Shown here in pieces: positions 49,837 to 59,348 of a DNA stretch of 64,000 bases. A model generated the notes under the pieces. It had not been told where the DNA came from. It made no database searches and was given only the letters and a program-made list of their open reading frames with translations. The DNA is taken from the IMG/VR virus record IMGVR_UViG_3300018012_000099. One strand, written 5' to 3'. Origin of the DNA: a virus. Taxonomy: Duplodnaviria; Caudoviricetes. Every line of letters starts with the position of its first letter. The stretch's first letter is position 1. Both the position numbers and the translations under genes were made by a program.

Positions 49837-50520
49837 ATGAAGCGATGTTCTAAATGTAAAATTGAAAAAGATGAAAATTGTTTTAGTAAGTCTCGCGGTG
49901 GATTGCGTTCCGAATGCAAAGCGTGTGTAAAAATACGAAGTGCTATCTACTATTTAGATAACAAAGAAAAAATAAATAAAAACACTCAAAAGTATTGGAA
50001 TGAAAATAAGGAAACGTTAAATGATTGGCAAAAACGGTACTATTCCGAGCATAAAGATGAAAAATTGGAATACTGTGTTATCAACAGGGAGCGTATCGCT
50101 GAGAGCAGGCGAATCAGGGAAAATGAAAAGTTAAAAACAGATACTATGTTCAAATTGAGGAAGAATATTGCCACTTCGATAAGACATTTTATTAGGAGTG
50201 GTGGTAAAAATAAAGGTGGCGCCTCTATTACGAACTACTTACCATACTCCTTAGAAGAATTAAAACAACATCTCGAACAGCAATTCGAACCTTGGATGAC
50301 ATGGAATAATTGGGGTAAGTATGATGCAAAAGCTTGGAACGACAACGATCCTACCACCTGGACCTGGCAAATTGATCATATTGTTCCGCACTCTAGTTTT
50401 GTTTACCTGTCTATGAGTGACGAAGATTTTCAGAAATGTTGGGCACTCTCCAATTTACGTCCTTTATCATCCAAACAAAACTTATTAGATGGTATTACAA
50501 GAATTAGACACGGAAAGTGA
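49837..50520 (+). CDS. HNH-type homing endonuclease (CWALxNLRP group)
   Basis: CSKC..CKAC, WQIDHIVP..CWALSNLRP. Confidence 0.8.
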   Translation: MKRCSKCKIEKDENCFSKSRGGLRSECKACVKIRSAIYYLDNKEKINKNTQKYWNENKETLNDWQKRYYSEHKDEKLEYCVINRERIAESRRIRENEKLKTDTMFKLRKNIATSIRHFIRSGGKNKGGASITNYLPYSLEELKQHLEQQFEPWMTWNNWGKYDAKAWNDNDPTTWTWQIDHIVPHSSFVYLSMSDEDFQKCWALSNLRPLSSKQNLLDGITRIRHGK

Positions 50521-50532
50521 TGATTTCTATGG

Positions 50533-50548
50533 TAATATTGAAGTATGT
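50533..50548 (+). promoter_or_regulatory. Putative late-promoter motif
   Basis: TAATA-ttgaa-GTATGT. Confidence 0.4.
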
Positions 50549-50576
50549 CTAACAGTATCCACACAAAGGTGCCCTG

Positions 50577-51218
50577 ATGTCTTTTAAAGCCGATACGTTA
50601 CTCAAAAAAGCCACTACCTTCGAAAGATTAGCCCTATATGGGGATCGTCGATCTTTCTTGCAGGCATTAGCCCAAGAGTCGCCCGTTACCGATCCAGCAC
50701 CATGGCGTATTTATGATGAACCAAATGATCCCAGAGGAAATGAAAAAAATTGGGTGCCGAATATTCAACCAGGCGGCACTAGACAATATGTTTACATGGG
50801 TCCAAACGTTCCCGCTGGAGGCGTGCAACACACCCCAAGTTTGTGGGACAAGTATTTTAGACCGCAAGAATCTAATGTGTTACCTCGCACCATAATGCCT
50901 CCAACTAATGATGCAGCGCCAGTAGATAGAGATCAATCGATCTTGATGTCAAAGGAATTAAATGCCCCCGCTGTCCAAGAAAAAGGTGCTCCAGCGCCAG
51001 CCGCTTACACTCCAGATTCCAATACTGTTAACATGTTACAAAGATTTTTGAATACCGCTTTTAGACCAGAAATAGAGAGTGGACAATTAGGTCCAATTGC
51101 CCAAGATGGTCAACTAGGAAGAGATACTTTAAGCAGGTTACAACAATGGGCTCGTCAAAATCATGTAAACGTGGGTAACCTTCAAGAATTAGTAAATGCC
51201 GCTCTGGGCAGAAAATAA
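50577..51218 (+). CDS. Protein with N-terminal LLxxAxxFExLA helix and C-terminal peptidoglycan-binding-like domain
   Basis: LLKKATTFERLA; VNMLQRFLN..QDGQLGRDT..LQQW. Confidence 0.55.
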   Translation: MSFKADTLLKKATTFERLALYGDRRSFLQALAQESPVTDPAPWRIYDEPNDPRGNEKNWVPNIQPGGTRQYVYMGPNVPAGGVQHTPSLWDKYFRPQESNVLPRTIMPPTNDAAPVDRDQSILMSKELNAPAVQEKGAPAPAAYTPDSNTVNMLQRFLNTAFRPEIESGQLGPIAQDGQLGRDTLSRLQQWARQNHVNVGNLQELVNAALGRK

Positions 51219-51300
51219 AACAACTTAAGTTCATGAGGTAGTGATGCAAGCACCTCTCGTCAGGTGAGTGTAAATTCGACGAAATTGAACACCTTCGCTT

Positions 51301-51336
51301 ATGACCGTGGATCACAATTCACGGTCATTTTATTTT
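51301..51336 (+). terminator. Rho-independent terminator
   Basis: ATGACCGTG..CACGGTCAT 9-bp stem followed by TTTATTTT. Confidence 0.65.
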
Positions 51337-51339
51337 GGC

Positions 51340-51367
51340 TTGCATCGAGAATGATGGTGGTTATAAT
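51340..51367 (+). promoter_or_regulatory. Sigma70-type promoter
   Basis: TTGCAT-16 nt-TATAAT, then AGAGG SD. Confidence 0.55.
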
Positions 51368-51392
51368 GGTTTGTTAGAGGTAGTACACAACC

Positions 51393-52214
51393 ATGAAAAT
51401 TGTCTCATCAATTCTAACCGTTTTATTTGCAGGAATAATTAGCGCCACATCATCCGCCCAATCTACAGAAAATGAAAGTGATGCTGGGGTGGCACAGAAT
51501 TTGCAGCGCATCAACGCCTGTCCCAGTGACATGGTGGAGATAGAGGGCGACTATTGTCCCGACGTGGAGCAAAAGTGTCTCTATAACGTGGACATGAGCG
51601 GTAAGCGCGAGAATAAACCAGCCGACCCCACCTGGGCTTGCGGGGAATTTCAAGCCCCCACCCTGTGTAAATCAGACAAAAAAGTGCATATGCATTTTTG
51701 TATGGATAAATACGAATGGCCCAATAAAGAAGGTCAAATCCCCCAAGACTGGATGTCTTTTTTCGATGTGAAAAGAGCATGTGAAAGTGTCGGAAAGAGA
51801 ATGTGTTTTTCGCACGAATGGACGCTGGCGGCCGAAGGACCAAATATGCACCCATTACCATATGGAGATGGATTCCATCGTGATAATAATATATGTAATT
51901 TTGATCGTCACATACCTGGTGGTATTGATGTTTTTAAAGCTAAAAAACCAGATGATGAAACGGCAAAAAAACTTCGCAGTTTACTTGTACCCTCTGGTTC
52001 CAAATCAGAGTGTCATAGCGACTATGGAGTTTATGATATGGCAGGAAATGTAGACGAATTTGTTATTAATGAAAGTGGTAGTCCTTATGTATCAGGTCTA
52101 AAGGGAGGACATATTTGGCATGTACGAAATGCTTCGCGCCCAATGACAACTGCTCACGGACCAACCTTTAGTTGGTACGAGACTTCGGGGCGTTGTTGTG
52201 CTAACAACAAATAA
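51393..52214 (+). CDS. Secreted FGE-sulfatase (SUMF1/CLec-fold) protein
   Basis: Signal peptide; CPSDMVEI, FCMDKYE, RMCFSHEW, GVYDMAGNVDE, GRCC. Confidence 0.85.
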   Translation: MKIVSSILTVLFAGIISATSSAQSTENESDAGVAQNLQRINACPSDMVEIEGDYCPDVEQKCLYNVDMSGKRENKPADPTWACGEFQAPTLCKSDKKVHMHFCMDKYEWPNKEGQIPQDWMSFFDVKRACESVGKRMCFSHEWTLAAEGPNMHPLPYGDGFHRDNNICNFDRHIPGGIDVFKAKKPDDETAKKLRSLLVPSGSKSECHSDYGVYDMAGNVDEFVINESGSPYVSGLKGGHIWHVRNASRPMTTAHGPTFSWYETSGRCCANNK

Positions 52215-52654
52215 TCCGCTCCCGCTTTCATTAGCTCTGGATTATCGTTAAAATGACCGATTCCTTTATTGCATTGCTGACATAATATGCCTCTTACTAT
52301 ATTAGTTTTGTGACAATGATCTATACAAGCTCGAGTAACGCTTGTACCGCTAAGAGTTAATTTTATTTTGCATATTTTACAGGCACCATTTTGTGAGCTT
52401 AAGATATTATCAAACTCTCGTTGTGTTATACCGTAAATGCGAAATCTATTTGCCGTGATAATTTTTTCAGCATTCTGTTGCTTATACTGTTTTTTCTTGT
52501 CTTTGATTTTCGCAGCGTAATTTTTACGATAATATTTTTTGGAATATTCGGAAACACAAGACCGACATCGTTTGTTTAGACCATCCGAGTTATACTTATC
52601 CTTGCTGAATGGACCAGCTGAACCGCATTTTACGCATCTTTTTTCGTGTATCAT
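52154..52654 (-). CDS. Endonuclease VII-family homing endonuclease
   Basis: YGIT..QNGACKIC..IDHCHKTNIVRGILCQQCNKGIG; convergent 61-nt overlap with the FGE gene. Confidence 0.88.
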   Translation of the reverse strand: MIHEKRCVKCGSAGPFSKDKYNSDGLNKRCRSCVSEYSKKYYRKNYAAKIKDKKKQYKQQNAEKIITANRFRIYGITQREFDNILSSQNGACKICKIKLTLSGTSVTRACIDHCHKTNIVRGILCQQCNKGIGHFNDNPELMKAGADYLLLAQQRPEVSYQLKVGP

Positions 52655-52701
52655 ACCGTTTATATATCCGTGATTACTAGCTTTTTAATTTTAGGAATTG
52701 A

Positions 52702-53358
52702 ATGAATCTGGGAGATTTTTTTTCTTACAAAACTTTTTGCCCTTTGTGCGATGCTAGAATGAAAATTAATTTTCACTCCAGTCGTAAACAATTTATTGAA
52801 ATTGATAACGATTGTCTGTTTGTTAGTTTCGACTTGCTACCACTTAAACCCACTGTAGATAAAACCTACAAAGTAAAATATTGTTTCAAACTAGAACAAC
52901 CCGAGTTTCATGTAGAATTTTATACCAAAGGGGGAACTCATTTTGAGAATATTATTTCTTGTGATCTGATTTCGCGTTGTGTAGCTTTACACAACAGTTT
53001 AAGGATATTTGAATTTTACAAAACATGTTCTAGGTGCGTTAGATATGCATATTATTCGAAAAAATTTAATCTAATTTTGGGGCGGCAGGTGCAACCTATA
53101 ATATTTGATTACGAAATTTATTGTTTACAACACACTTTGAATAACGAACACACTAATATTAGATCCTATCAGTTGATTAATAATATGTCTACCGGTAGAA
53201 CACTACTAGGTTTTTGGAAAGAAGATGGATTGTCTGAGTCTTTTAATTACGCTCATCAACGTAATGTGCGTGGTACTTATATAAATCTTCCGTTGATTCC
53301 TTTTGTCTCTAAAGAAGAAACCACTAAGAGGCTTAATAATTTGATTATCTTCACCTAA
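52702..53358 (+). CDS. Zn-ribbon/C-terminal-motif family, long class
   Basis: CPLC..CSRC; ends RLNNLIIFT. Confidence 0.75.
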   Translation: MNLGDFFSYKTFCPLCDARMKINFHSSRKQFIEIDNDCLFVSFDLLPLKPTVDKTYKVKYCFKLEQPEFHVEFYTKGGTHFENIISCDLISRCVALHNSLRIFEFYKTCSRCVRYAYYSKKFNLILGRQVQPIIFDYEIYCLQHTLNNEHTNIRSYQLINNMSTGRTLLGFWKEDGLSESFNYAHQRNVRGTYINLPLIPFVSKEETTKRLNNLIIFT

Positions 53359-53371
53359 TAAGTTTGTATTT
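53356..53371 (+). promoter_or_regulatory. Putative late-promoter motif, ATG 4 nt after it
   Basis: TAATA-agttt-GTATTT-tacc-ATG. Confidence 0.4.
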
Positions 53372-53375
53372 TACC

Positions 53376-54050
53376 ATGCACCCCAATAAGTTGTTAAGAT
53401 TCGCTAATATGTTCCATTCTTTGGCTACTTCGGAGGAATTGCCCGCCGATTCCAAGGAACTTAAGACAGTTTTATCTAACTTAGCAAAACTTGAAACCTA
53501 TAATGCTCGTAAGCAGTATGCGGAGAAAAACCTCACGCACTTGAGTTCCGGTTCTTCGCGCATCGTCTACTTGACACCGGGTAAGACCATCGTTAAAGTA
53601 GCTAAAAACGATAAGGGCATCGCTCAGAACAAAGCCGAAGCTAACCCCGAGATGAAATCTAAATTTCTTAATGAGATTCTGGGACATGCCACTAATTATG
53701 CTTGGATAGAAACCTGTTATTTGGATAAGATTACCACCAAGCAGTTTGAAGAAATGACTGGCATCCCGTTTTCTGATTTTGATGAGGCAATTCGTTTTGG
53801 ATTGAAAAACGTGTCGGATAATAAAGATTTAACTAAACCTAAGAATTTTGATAGAGTATCAGATTCAGAAGTATACAAAGAGATGAAAAGAGTTGGGGAA
53901 CGTTTCAAGCTGATGCCGGGCGATATCGCCAGAATTTCCTCTTGGGGAACCAAAGATGATCGCCCGATTTTGATTGATGCTGGTTTAACTGCCCAAGTGT
54001 TTGCTGATTTTTATGAAGATGATTCTTCCAACAGTAGTAGTACGACCTGA
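53376..54050 (+). CDS. Protein-kinase-like fold protein
   Basis: SSGSSRIVY, VKVAK, QNKAE, GDIARISSWG, IDAG; N-terminal LLRFANMFHSLA. Confidence 0.6.
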   Translation: MHPNKLLRFANMFHSLATSEELPADSKELKTVLSNLAKLETYNARKQYAEKNLTHLSSGSSRIVYLTPGKTIVKVAKNDKGIAQNKAEANPEMKSKFLNEILGHATNYAWIETCYLDKITTKQFEEMTGIPFSDFDEAIRFGLKNVSDNKDLTKPKNFDRVSDSEVYKEMKRVGERFKLMPGDIARISSWGTKDDRPILIDAGLTAQVFADFYEDDSSNSSSTT

Positions 54051-54706
54051 TGTTTGATAAATTTCGTTGCATTCAAGAAGCGTTCGATCATATTCCCAGA
54101 TGCTTATTGTGTAATTACGGTATGGCAACTTTGGACAATTTAGATACCTCACCAACTTACGGTGCCGGGTTGTCATTTGAATATGATAGGTATGCTGAAG
54201 ACCATGGTTATTCTACCATTACTTATACTCTGAGAGGGGCAGGGTATGCAGATATTTTTCGAATCAATACACAAACTAACCATGTTGAAAGAGAAATTAA
54301 TATTGAAAATGATAACCAAACAGTAACCTCAAGTCTTGGTTATACCAGTGCGGGATCGCCACCGCCACTTTCGGGACATCGGTATTTGTCATTGACAGCT
54401 AAATGTAGGGCGTGCCAGAAATATGATTATACGCTGCAGCTTATTGTTGCTTTACAACCTGTAGCTATGAAAGAAATTATTCTCAACTCGGAGAGGGTAA
54501 TTTTCCAGGCTGACCGTATGAGCGAGGCATGGGAATTGAAAAATATCTACACTACCAAGCTGACGGTATATTCTCGTTTTTCTCCACCCGTGATTGGCGC
54601 CAACGCTGTCCGCCAGATTACACAACAATTTCCTCTTCTCCCACTAGACCGAAATGATCCCACCAAAACTCTGAAACGTGTCAAAAATCTATTGATCTTC
54701 ACTTAA
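54050..54706 (+). CDS. Zn-ribbon/C-terminal-motif family, long class
   Basis: CLLC..CRAC; ends RVKNLLIFT. Confidence 0.75.
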   Translation: MFDKFRCIQEAFDHIPRCLLCNYGMATLDNLDTSPTYGAGLSFEYDRYAEDHGYSTITYTLRGAGYADIFRINTQTNHVEREINIENDNQTVTSSLGYTSAGSPPPLSGHRYLSLTAKCRACQKYDYTLQLIVALQPVAMKEIILNSERVIFQADRMSEAWELKNIYTTKLTVYSRFSPPVIGANAVRQITQQFPLLPLDRNDPTKTLKRVKNLLIFT

Positions 54707-54709
54707 GAT

Positions 54710-55339
54710 ATGTCAAATTTTTATTCAAATATTGCAGATTTTCTGGATTGCAGAAAGGTTTGTTTTTTCTGTGGCGAACCTTTGTGTTATCGCGTAACAC
54801 AGTTTCTGGGTTCTTTTAACGAATTGCCTGTGGTCAGCGCCCCAATTAAAGATGATACGGTAGATTTTTCTTTTCAACATACTACTGCTATATTTGACTT
54901 ACAAGTTAAAGCCAGGATAAACGTGAATACCAATGTCTTGACTTTTTCTGTCCCCGAGAATAGTGATACGCCTAGTATTGACAACATGTTAGCTAAAAAT
55001 GTTTTCTTATCCCTATTTCCTCATGTGCAGCTATATTGTAAGTGTAAGTATAGTTACACGGTAGTGAGTGAGGCTTTCCAGGTAGTTGAACCAGAGTCTA
55101 AAAAATATGTGACTGAACTAGAGTCTACAGAATATGTGATCAAACCACTCGAGTTATTTTATGAGAGTTTTGTGATGGGTAGCTTATGGATACAAAATGA
55201 TTACATATGGGAAAAAACTAACATTTATACACGTGATAATGAAGGTGCACTTCCTATTACCTATCCTCTTTTGGATTGGAATGCTATGGGGCAGAAAAAG
55301 TTGCTAACTAGAATTAAAACCCTAGTTGTTTGGAGTTAA
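54710..55339 (+). CDS. Zn-ribbon/C-terminal-motif family, long class
   Basis: CFFC..CKC; ends RIKTLVVWS. Confidence 0.75.
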   Translation: MSNFYSNIADFLDCRKVCFFCGEPLCYRVTQFLGSFNELPVVSAPIKDDTVDFSFQHTTAIFDLQVKARINVNTNVLTFSVPENSDTPSIDNMLAKNVFLSLFPHVQLYCKCKYSYTVVSEAFQVVEPESKKYVTELESTEYVIKPLELFYESFVMGSLWIQNDYIWEKTNIYTRDNEGALPITYPLLDWNAMGQKKLLTRIKTLVVWS

Positions 55340-55374
55340 AACAGCATCTCGGTTTGTCGGATTAGTGAGAACTT

Positions 55375-56463
55375 ATGGATACACTGCAAACACTACAAGC
55401 CTGCCAGGAAAAACTGGTTGTCCTGGAAGGGATGATACCCCTTATCCAGTATCAAAAGCGTTTGTCAGAAATTGATGAACAGCTTAACGGTCCTGGTCTG
55501 TGGTCTGATCCTCGTGGGGCTGCTGCTATCATGAGAGAGCGCAGTAAGTTATCTGAACTGATCAAGATCATGACTCAGTTCAGAGATCAGATACAGTTTT
55601 ATACTGAACTGGCGGAGATAGATGTTGCCGAAATAGAGAAGGAAGGCACTACTCTCTTTATATTACATTCTCAATTATCCGATTTAGAGTTTAAGCAGAT
55701 GATGAAGGATCCGATAGATGATAGTGCTGCCATCCTTAGTATCAGTGCGGGAGCAGGCGGTTTAGAAGCTGCTAACTGGGTGAGTATGTTGCTACGCATG
55801 TATGTTCGTTATGCCGACGCTCGTGGCTACAAGACAGAAATATTGGATGAAAAACGTTCGGAAGAACATAGTTCTATTTGTATTGATTCGGTGTCTATTC
55901 GTATGGAAGGTCCTTACGCTTATGGTTTCCTTAAAGGCGAATCGGGCGTGCATCGCTTGATTCGCAACTCACCTTTCAATGCAGGTGATGCTCGACAAAC
56001 TTCTTTTGCGGCAGTCGCAGTCACTCCTGATATTGAGGATACTATTGATATTAGGGTAGAAGAAAAAGATATTGAATTTACGGCTCAGACCGCTGGTGGT
56101 CCGGGTGGTCAGAATCAAAATAAAGTGGCTAGCGCTGTCAGACTCAAACATTTTCCTACCGGTATAGCTATCTTCGTGCGCACGGAGCGTGATCAGCATG
56201 CCAACCGTCGTACCGCTATGAAAATGTTAAAGGCTAAATTATACGAAATTGAAATGAAAAAGAAACAGGCTGAAAAAGAGAAACTGGTTTCTTCCTTTTC
56301 TGATGTCTCTTTCGGCTCGCAGATCCGCACGGTAACACTCACTCCGTATTTTTTAGTAAAAGATCATAGAACCAGGTACGAAAGCCATGACGCTAACGCC
56401 ATATTAGATGGTGATATTCAAGAATTTATATTAGCATATTTGAGGCGGAATGCGAGCGAATGA
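55375..56463 (+). CDS. prfB: Peptide chain release factor 2, uninterrupted ORF
   Basis: [26 protein letters not shown] (SPF), [16 protein letters not shown]. Confidence 0.93.
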   Translation: MDTLQTLQACQEKLVVLEGMIPLIQYQKRLSEIDEQLNGPGLWSDPRGAAAIMRERSKLSELIKIMTQFRDQIQFYTELAEIDVAEIEKEGTTLFILHSQLSDLEFKQMMKDPIDDSAAILSISAGAGGLEAANWVSMLLRMYVRYADARGYKTEILDEKRSEEHSSICIDSVSIRMEGPYAYGFLKGESGVHRLIRNSPFNAGDARQTSFAAVAVTPDIEDTIDIRVEEKDIEFTAQTAGGPGGQNQNKVASAVRLKHFPTGIAIFVRTERDQHANRRTAMKMLKAKLYEIEMKKKQAEKEKLVSSFSDVSFGSQIRTVTLTPYFLVKDHRTRYESHDANAILDGDIQEFILAYLRRNASE

Positions 56464-57173
56464 TGTTTTGCGTTTACAAAATAAAAAATTTAGTCAATGG
56501 CAAATTGTATATCGGTAAAACGTGTAATCCTGACGAAAGGTGGCACGATCACTTAACGGCTGCCAAATATAAAAAAGATTCGTGTCCTATCCACAGAGCT
56601 ATTAATAAATATGGTGAGGATAATTTTGAATTTTCTATCATTGAAGAGTATGAATCGGACGAAAAAGCTTTGAGCGGGGAAGTATTTTGGATAGCTGAGC
56701 ATAAAACCAATATTTCTAAATACGGAAACCAATTTGGTTACAATCTCACAGATGGTGGTGAAGGCGTGGCAGGACTTATTCATACAGAGGAGTCTAAAAG
56801 AAAAATGTCTGAAGCTGTAATGGGCGAAAAAAATCACAATTATGGAAAACCTAAAAGTGACGAGATTAAAAGGAAAATTTCCGATTCCAACAAAGGACAA
56901 AAGCGCACACCAGAAACTAAAGCAAAAATATCAGCAGTCCAACTTGGTAAAGAAATTTCGGAAAATACCAAGAGTAAAATGTCTGCTGCACATACTGGCA
57001 AACATGTAGGAGAAAATAATAACAGCGCTAAATTAACTGAAAATGATGTCAGAGAAATTAAAATATTGTTGTCGGGCGGAGTCAGTACCTGGGATATAGC
57101 TCTAAAATATAATGTCAAAGAAAGGGCTATCAGGAATATACGAGCCGGACGAAGTTGGAGCCATATTAAATAA
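56460..57173 (+). CDS. GIY-YIG homing endonuclease
   Basis: [29 protein letters not shown]3 repeats. Confidence 0.9.
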   Translation: MMFCVYKIKNLVNGKLYIGKTCNPDERWHDHLTAAKYKKDSCPIHRAINKYGEDNFEFSIIEEYESDEKALSGEVFWIAEHKTNISKYGNQFGYNLTDGGEGVAGLIHTEESKRKMSEAVMGEKNHNYGKPKSDEIKRKISDSNKGQKRTPETKAKISAVQLGKEISENTKSKMSAAHTGKHVGENNNSAKLTENDVREIKILLSGGVSTWDIALKYNVKERAIRNIRAGRSWSHIK

Positions 57174-57778
57174 TGGAACACAAAAAATTCTTTGTCAAGG
57201 ATTTTATCCATTACTGTAGTCCATGTTTCGTGTGCGGTTATACTATGACCTTCAAATTTGGATTTAACGGAAACGGTCAAGATGCCCTATTTCCCGATTG
57301 CACTTGGGCTAATACAGCTATGACTATCGTGACTGATAAATATACAGAAGTAGATTTAAGCATCCGATATCGTGCTAATCTCAAAATATATATTTACCAC
57401 CGTAACAACAAATTAGTTACTTCAGATAACGTTAGCTTCTCAGACTATCTCGCTAAAAGAAAATTATTTCTCATTTGTTACTGTGTTGGCTGTGATTCTA
57501 GTATTTCTAGTAGAAATTTAGATTTTCAAACATTTAATGGTGTGGTCAGTCCCACCACCATTCGTTATGAAAATTTTCTTATCTCTCATAAAAACCGACG
57601 CTACCAATTAAGATCAGATTTCGATAAGCAAAAATCTATTGGTACGGTGCGTACCTACACCGCCCCCAATGTTTCGGGACCAGATTTGGTTTTTGAGATG
57701 AAACTACTACCCAAGTATAAGCTGGGAAACAAACAAAAATTGATCGATAAATTGAACACCTACGCACTTTTTTCATAA
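57173..57778 (+). CDS. Zn-ribbon/C-terminal-motif family, long class
   Basis: CFVC..CVGC; ends KLNTYALFS. Confidence 0.75.
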   Translation: MEHKKFFVKDFIHYCSPCFVCGYTMTFKFGFNGNGQDALFPDCTWANTAMTIVTDKYTEVDLSIRYRANLKIYIYHRNNKLVTSDNVSFSDYLAKRKLFLICYCVGCDSSISSRNLDFQTFNGVVSPTTIRYENFLISHKNRRYQLRSDFDKQKSIGTVRTYTAPNVSGPDLVFEMKLLPKYKLGNKQKLIDKLNTYALFS

Positions 57779-57790
57779 CCTGGATTTAAA

Positions 57791-58438
57791 ATGAACTTTC
57801 AAGAATTACTTGATTATCGTAAAATCTGTCTCATTCATGATTTGCCTATGGAAAGCTTAGTGTATACCGCAGACCTTCCTAAGGGTGGTAGGACTAAGAT
57901 GAGTATCAAGACTTTGCCGGCAGGCGTCTTTCTACATTTGAGAGGTCAGGCACCCGACCAGGGAGCTGTCTTTCTGCATGATGGCACTTATCTCATCGAT
58001 GATAGCCAAAAGGCTTTGAGGAAGATATTGGACAATACGGTTCACATTTTACGCCGATGTTCAGAATGCGCGAAAAGTAAAAATATTCCAGTCGAAATTG
58101 AAACGACTGCCACCACCATAAGTATGGTGCGAGAATCAATTCATTTCTATAATTTTTACTTATTTCCAGTAATTGACACTGAAGTAAGTCAGACATACAT
58201 GATGGGTCCAGGTAGAGAAAATATTAGATACCTACGTAATGATAAATTTTATCACATGTCAGCTAGGATAGGAGGCGGCGAAGCGACTTTCAGATTGGGA
58301 CGTTGCGCCGGCACTGATCTGCTAGAGCAACTATTGGATAGTTTGATGAACCTCAAAGTGCCTCAGTTTGATCCTATTAGAATTCAGAGCGTCGATGCTT
58401 TAGTCGAAAAAATTAAAATATATAACTTATTCAGCTGA
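57791..58438 (+). CDS. Zn-ribbon/C-terminal-motif family, long class
   Basis: CLIH..CSEC; ends KIKIYNLFS. Confidence 0.75.
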   Translation: MNFQELLDYRKICLIHDLPMESLVYTADLPKGGRTKMSIKTLPAGVFLHLRGQAPDQGAVFLHDGTYLIDDSQKALRKILDNTVHILRRCSECAKSKNIPVEIETTATTISMVRESIHFYNFYLFPVIDTEVSQTYMMGPGRENIRYLRNDKFYHMSARIGGGEATFRLGRCAGTDLLEQLLDSLMNLKVPQFDPIRIQSVDALVEKIKIYNLFS

Positions 58439-58473
58439 TGTGAATAATCTGATATATAGTATACGGAGGTTCT

Positions 58474-59328
58474 ATGGAACACAAAATATACTATTTGTAT
58501 AAAATCATTAACATGCTCGACAATAAAGTTTATATTGGACAGACAGTACGTCCCAAGGAACGTTGGTCACAGCACCGAGCCTATGCAAAATTAGAAAAAC
58601 CAATTCAATACATACACCGAGCCATGGCTAGGCACGGAATTGATAATTTTTCTTATGACGTGATTGCGTCTTCCTGGACACAAAACGGTGCCGATGAAGC
58701 TGAAAAATTATTGATTGCACAATATGATAGTCGCAATTCGGAAAAGGGATATAATATTGCTCCCGGAGGCGATCCTGCCTGGAATAGAGGTCTTCCCAAA
58801 GAACGGCAACCCATGTATGGTAAGAAACAATCGGAGTTTCAAAAACAAAGGTGTGCTGAAATTCATACCGGACTAACTTTTAATCATACTGAAGAAACAA
58901 AATTGAAAATGTCTAAAACACGAACCGGTATGGTTAAAAACGATGAGTGGAAGAAAAAGATAGGAGAAGCCCACAAGGGTAAAAAGTACACTGACGAAAC
59001 TAGACAAAAAATGTCTGCAGCGCATATAGGTAAAGAAGTTAGCCCAGAAACCAGAGAAAAAATGTCCGCGGCACACACCGGTAAACCTAAAAAACCTTTT
59101 ACTAAAGAGCACAGATTGAATTTATCACTTGCTAATTTAGGAAAATCTTTAACAGAAGAGCACAAGAACAAAATTGCTAACACATTAACTGGCAAACTAC
59201 GTGTGAAATTAACTGCGGAGCAGATATTAGAAATACAGCAAAGCGTCTTGAGTAGCAGAAAACTTGCTAATGTATATGGTGTCAGTGCTAATACCATTAG
59301 AAATATAAAAAATCGTAAGGTTAAATAA
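58474..59328 (+). CDS. GIY-YIG homing endonuclease inside the array
   Basis: YLYKIIN..KVYIGQT, GYNIAPGG, several KMS.A(H)xGK NUMOD3 repeats. Confidence 0.9.
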   Translation: MEHKIYYLYKIINMLDNKVYIGQTVRPKERWSQHRAYAKLEKPIQYIHRAMARHGIDNFSYDVIASSWTQNGADEAEKLLIAQYDSRNSEKGYNIAPGGDPAWNRGLPKERQPMYGKKQSEFQKQRCAEIHTGLTFNHTEETKLKMSKTRTGMVKNDEWKKKIGEAHKGKKYTDETRQKMSAAHIGKEVSPETREKMSAAHTGKPKKPFTKEHRLNLSLANLGKSLTEEHKNKIANTLTGKLRVKLTAEQILEIQQSVLSSRKLANVYGVSANTIRNIKNRKVK

Positions 59329-59348
59329 TCAAATTTACTTTTTAGCTA

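Noticed and set aside
51393-52214. Diversity-generating retroelement
   Set aside because: No reverse transcriptase and no adenine-variable template/variable repeat pair found in the window.
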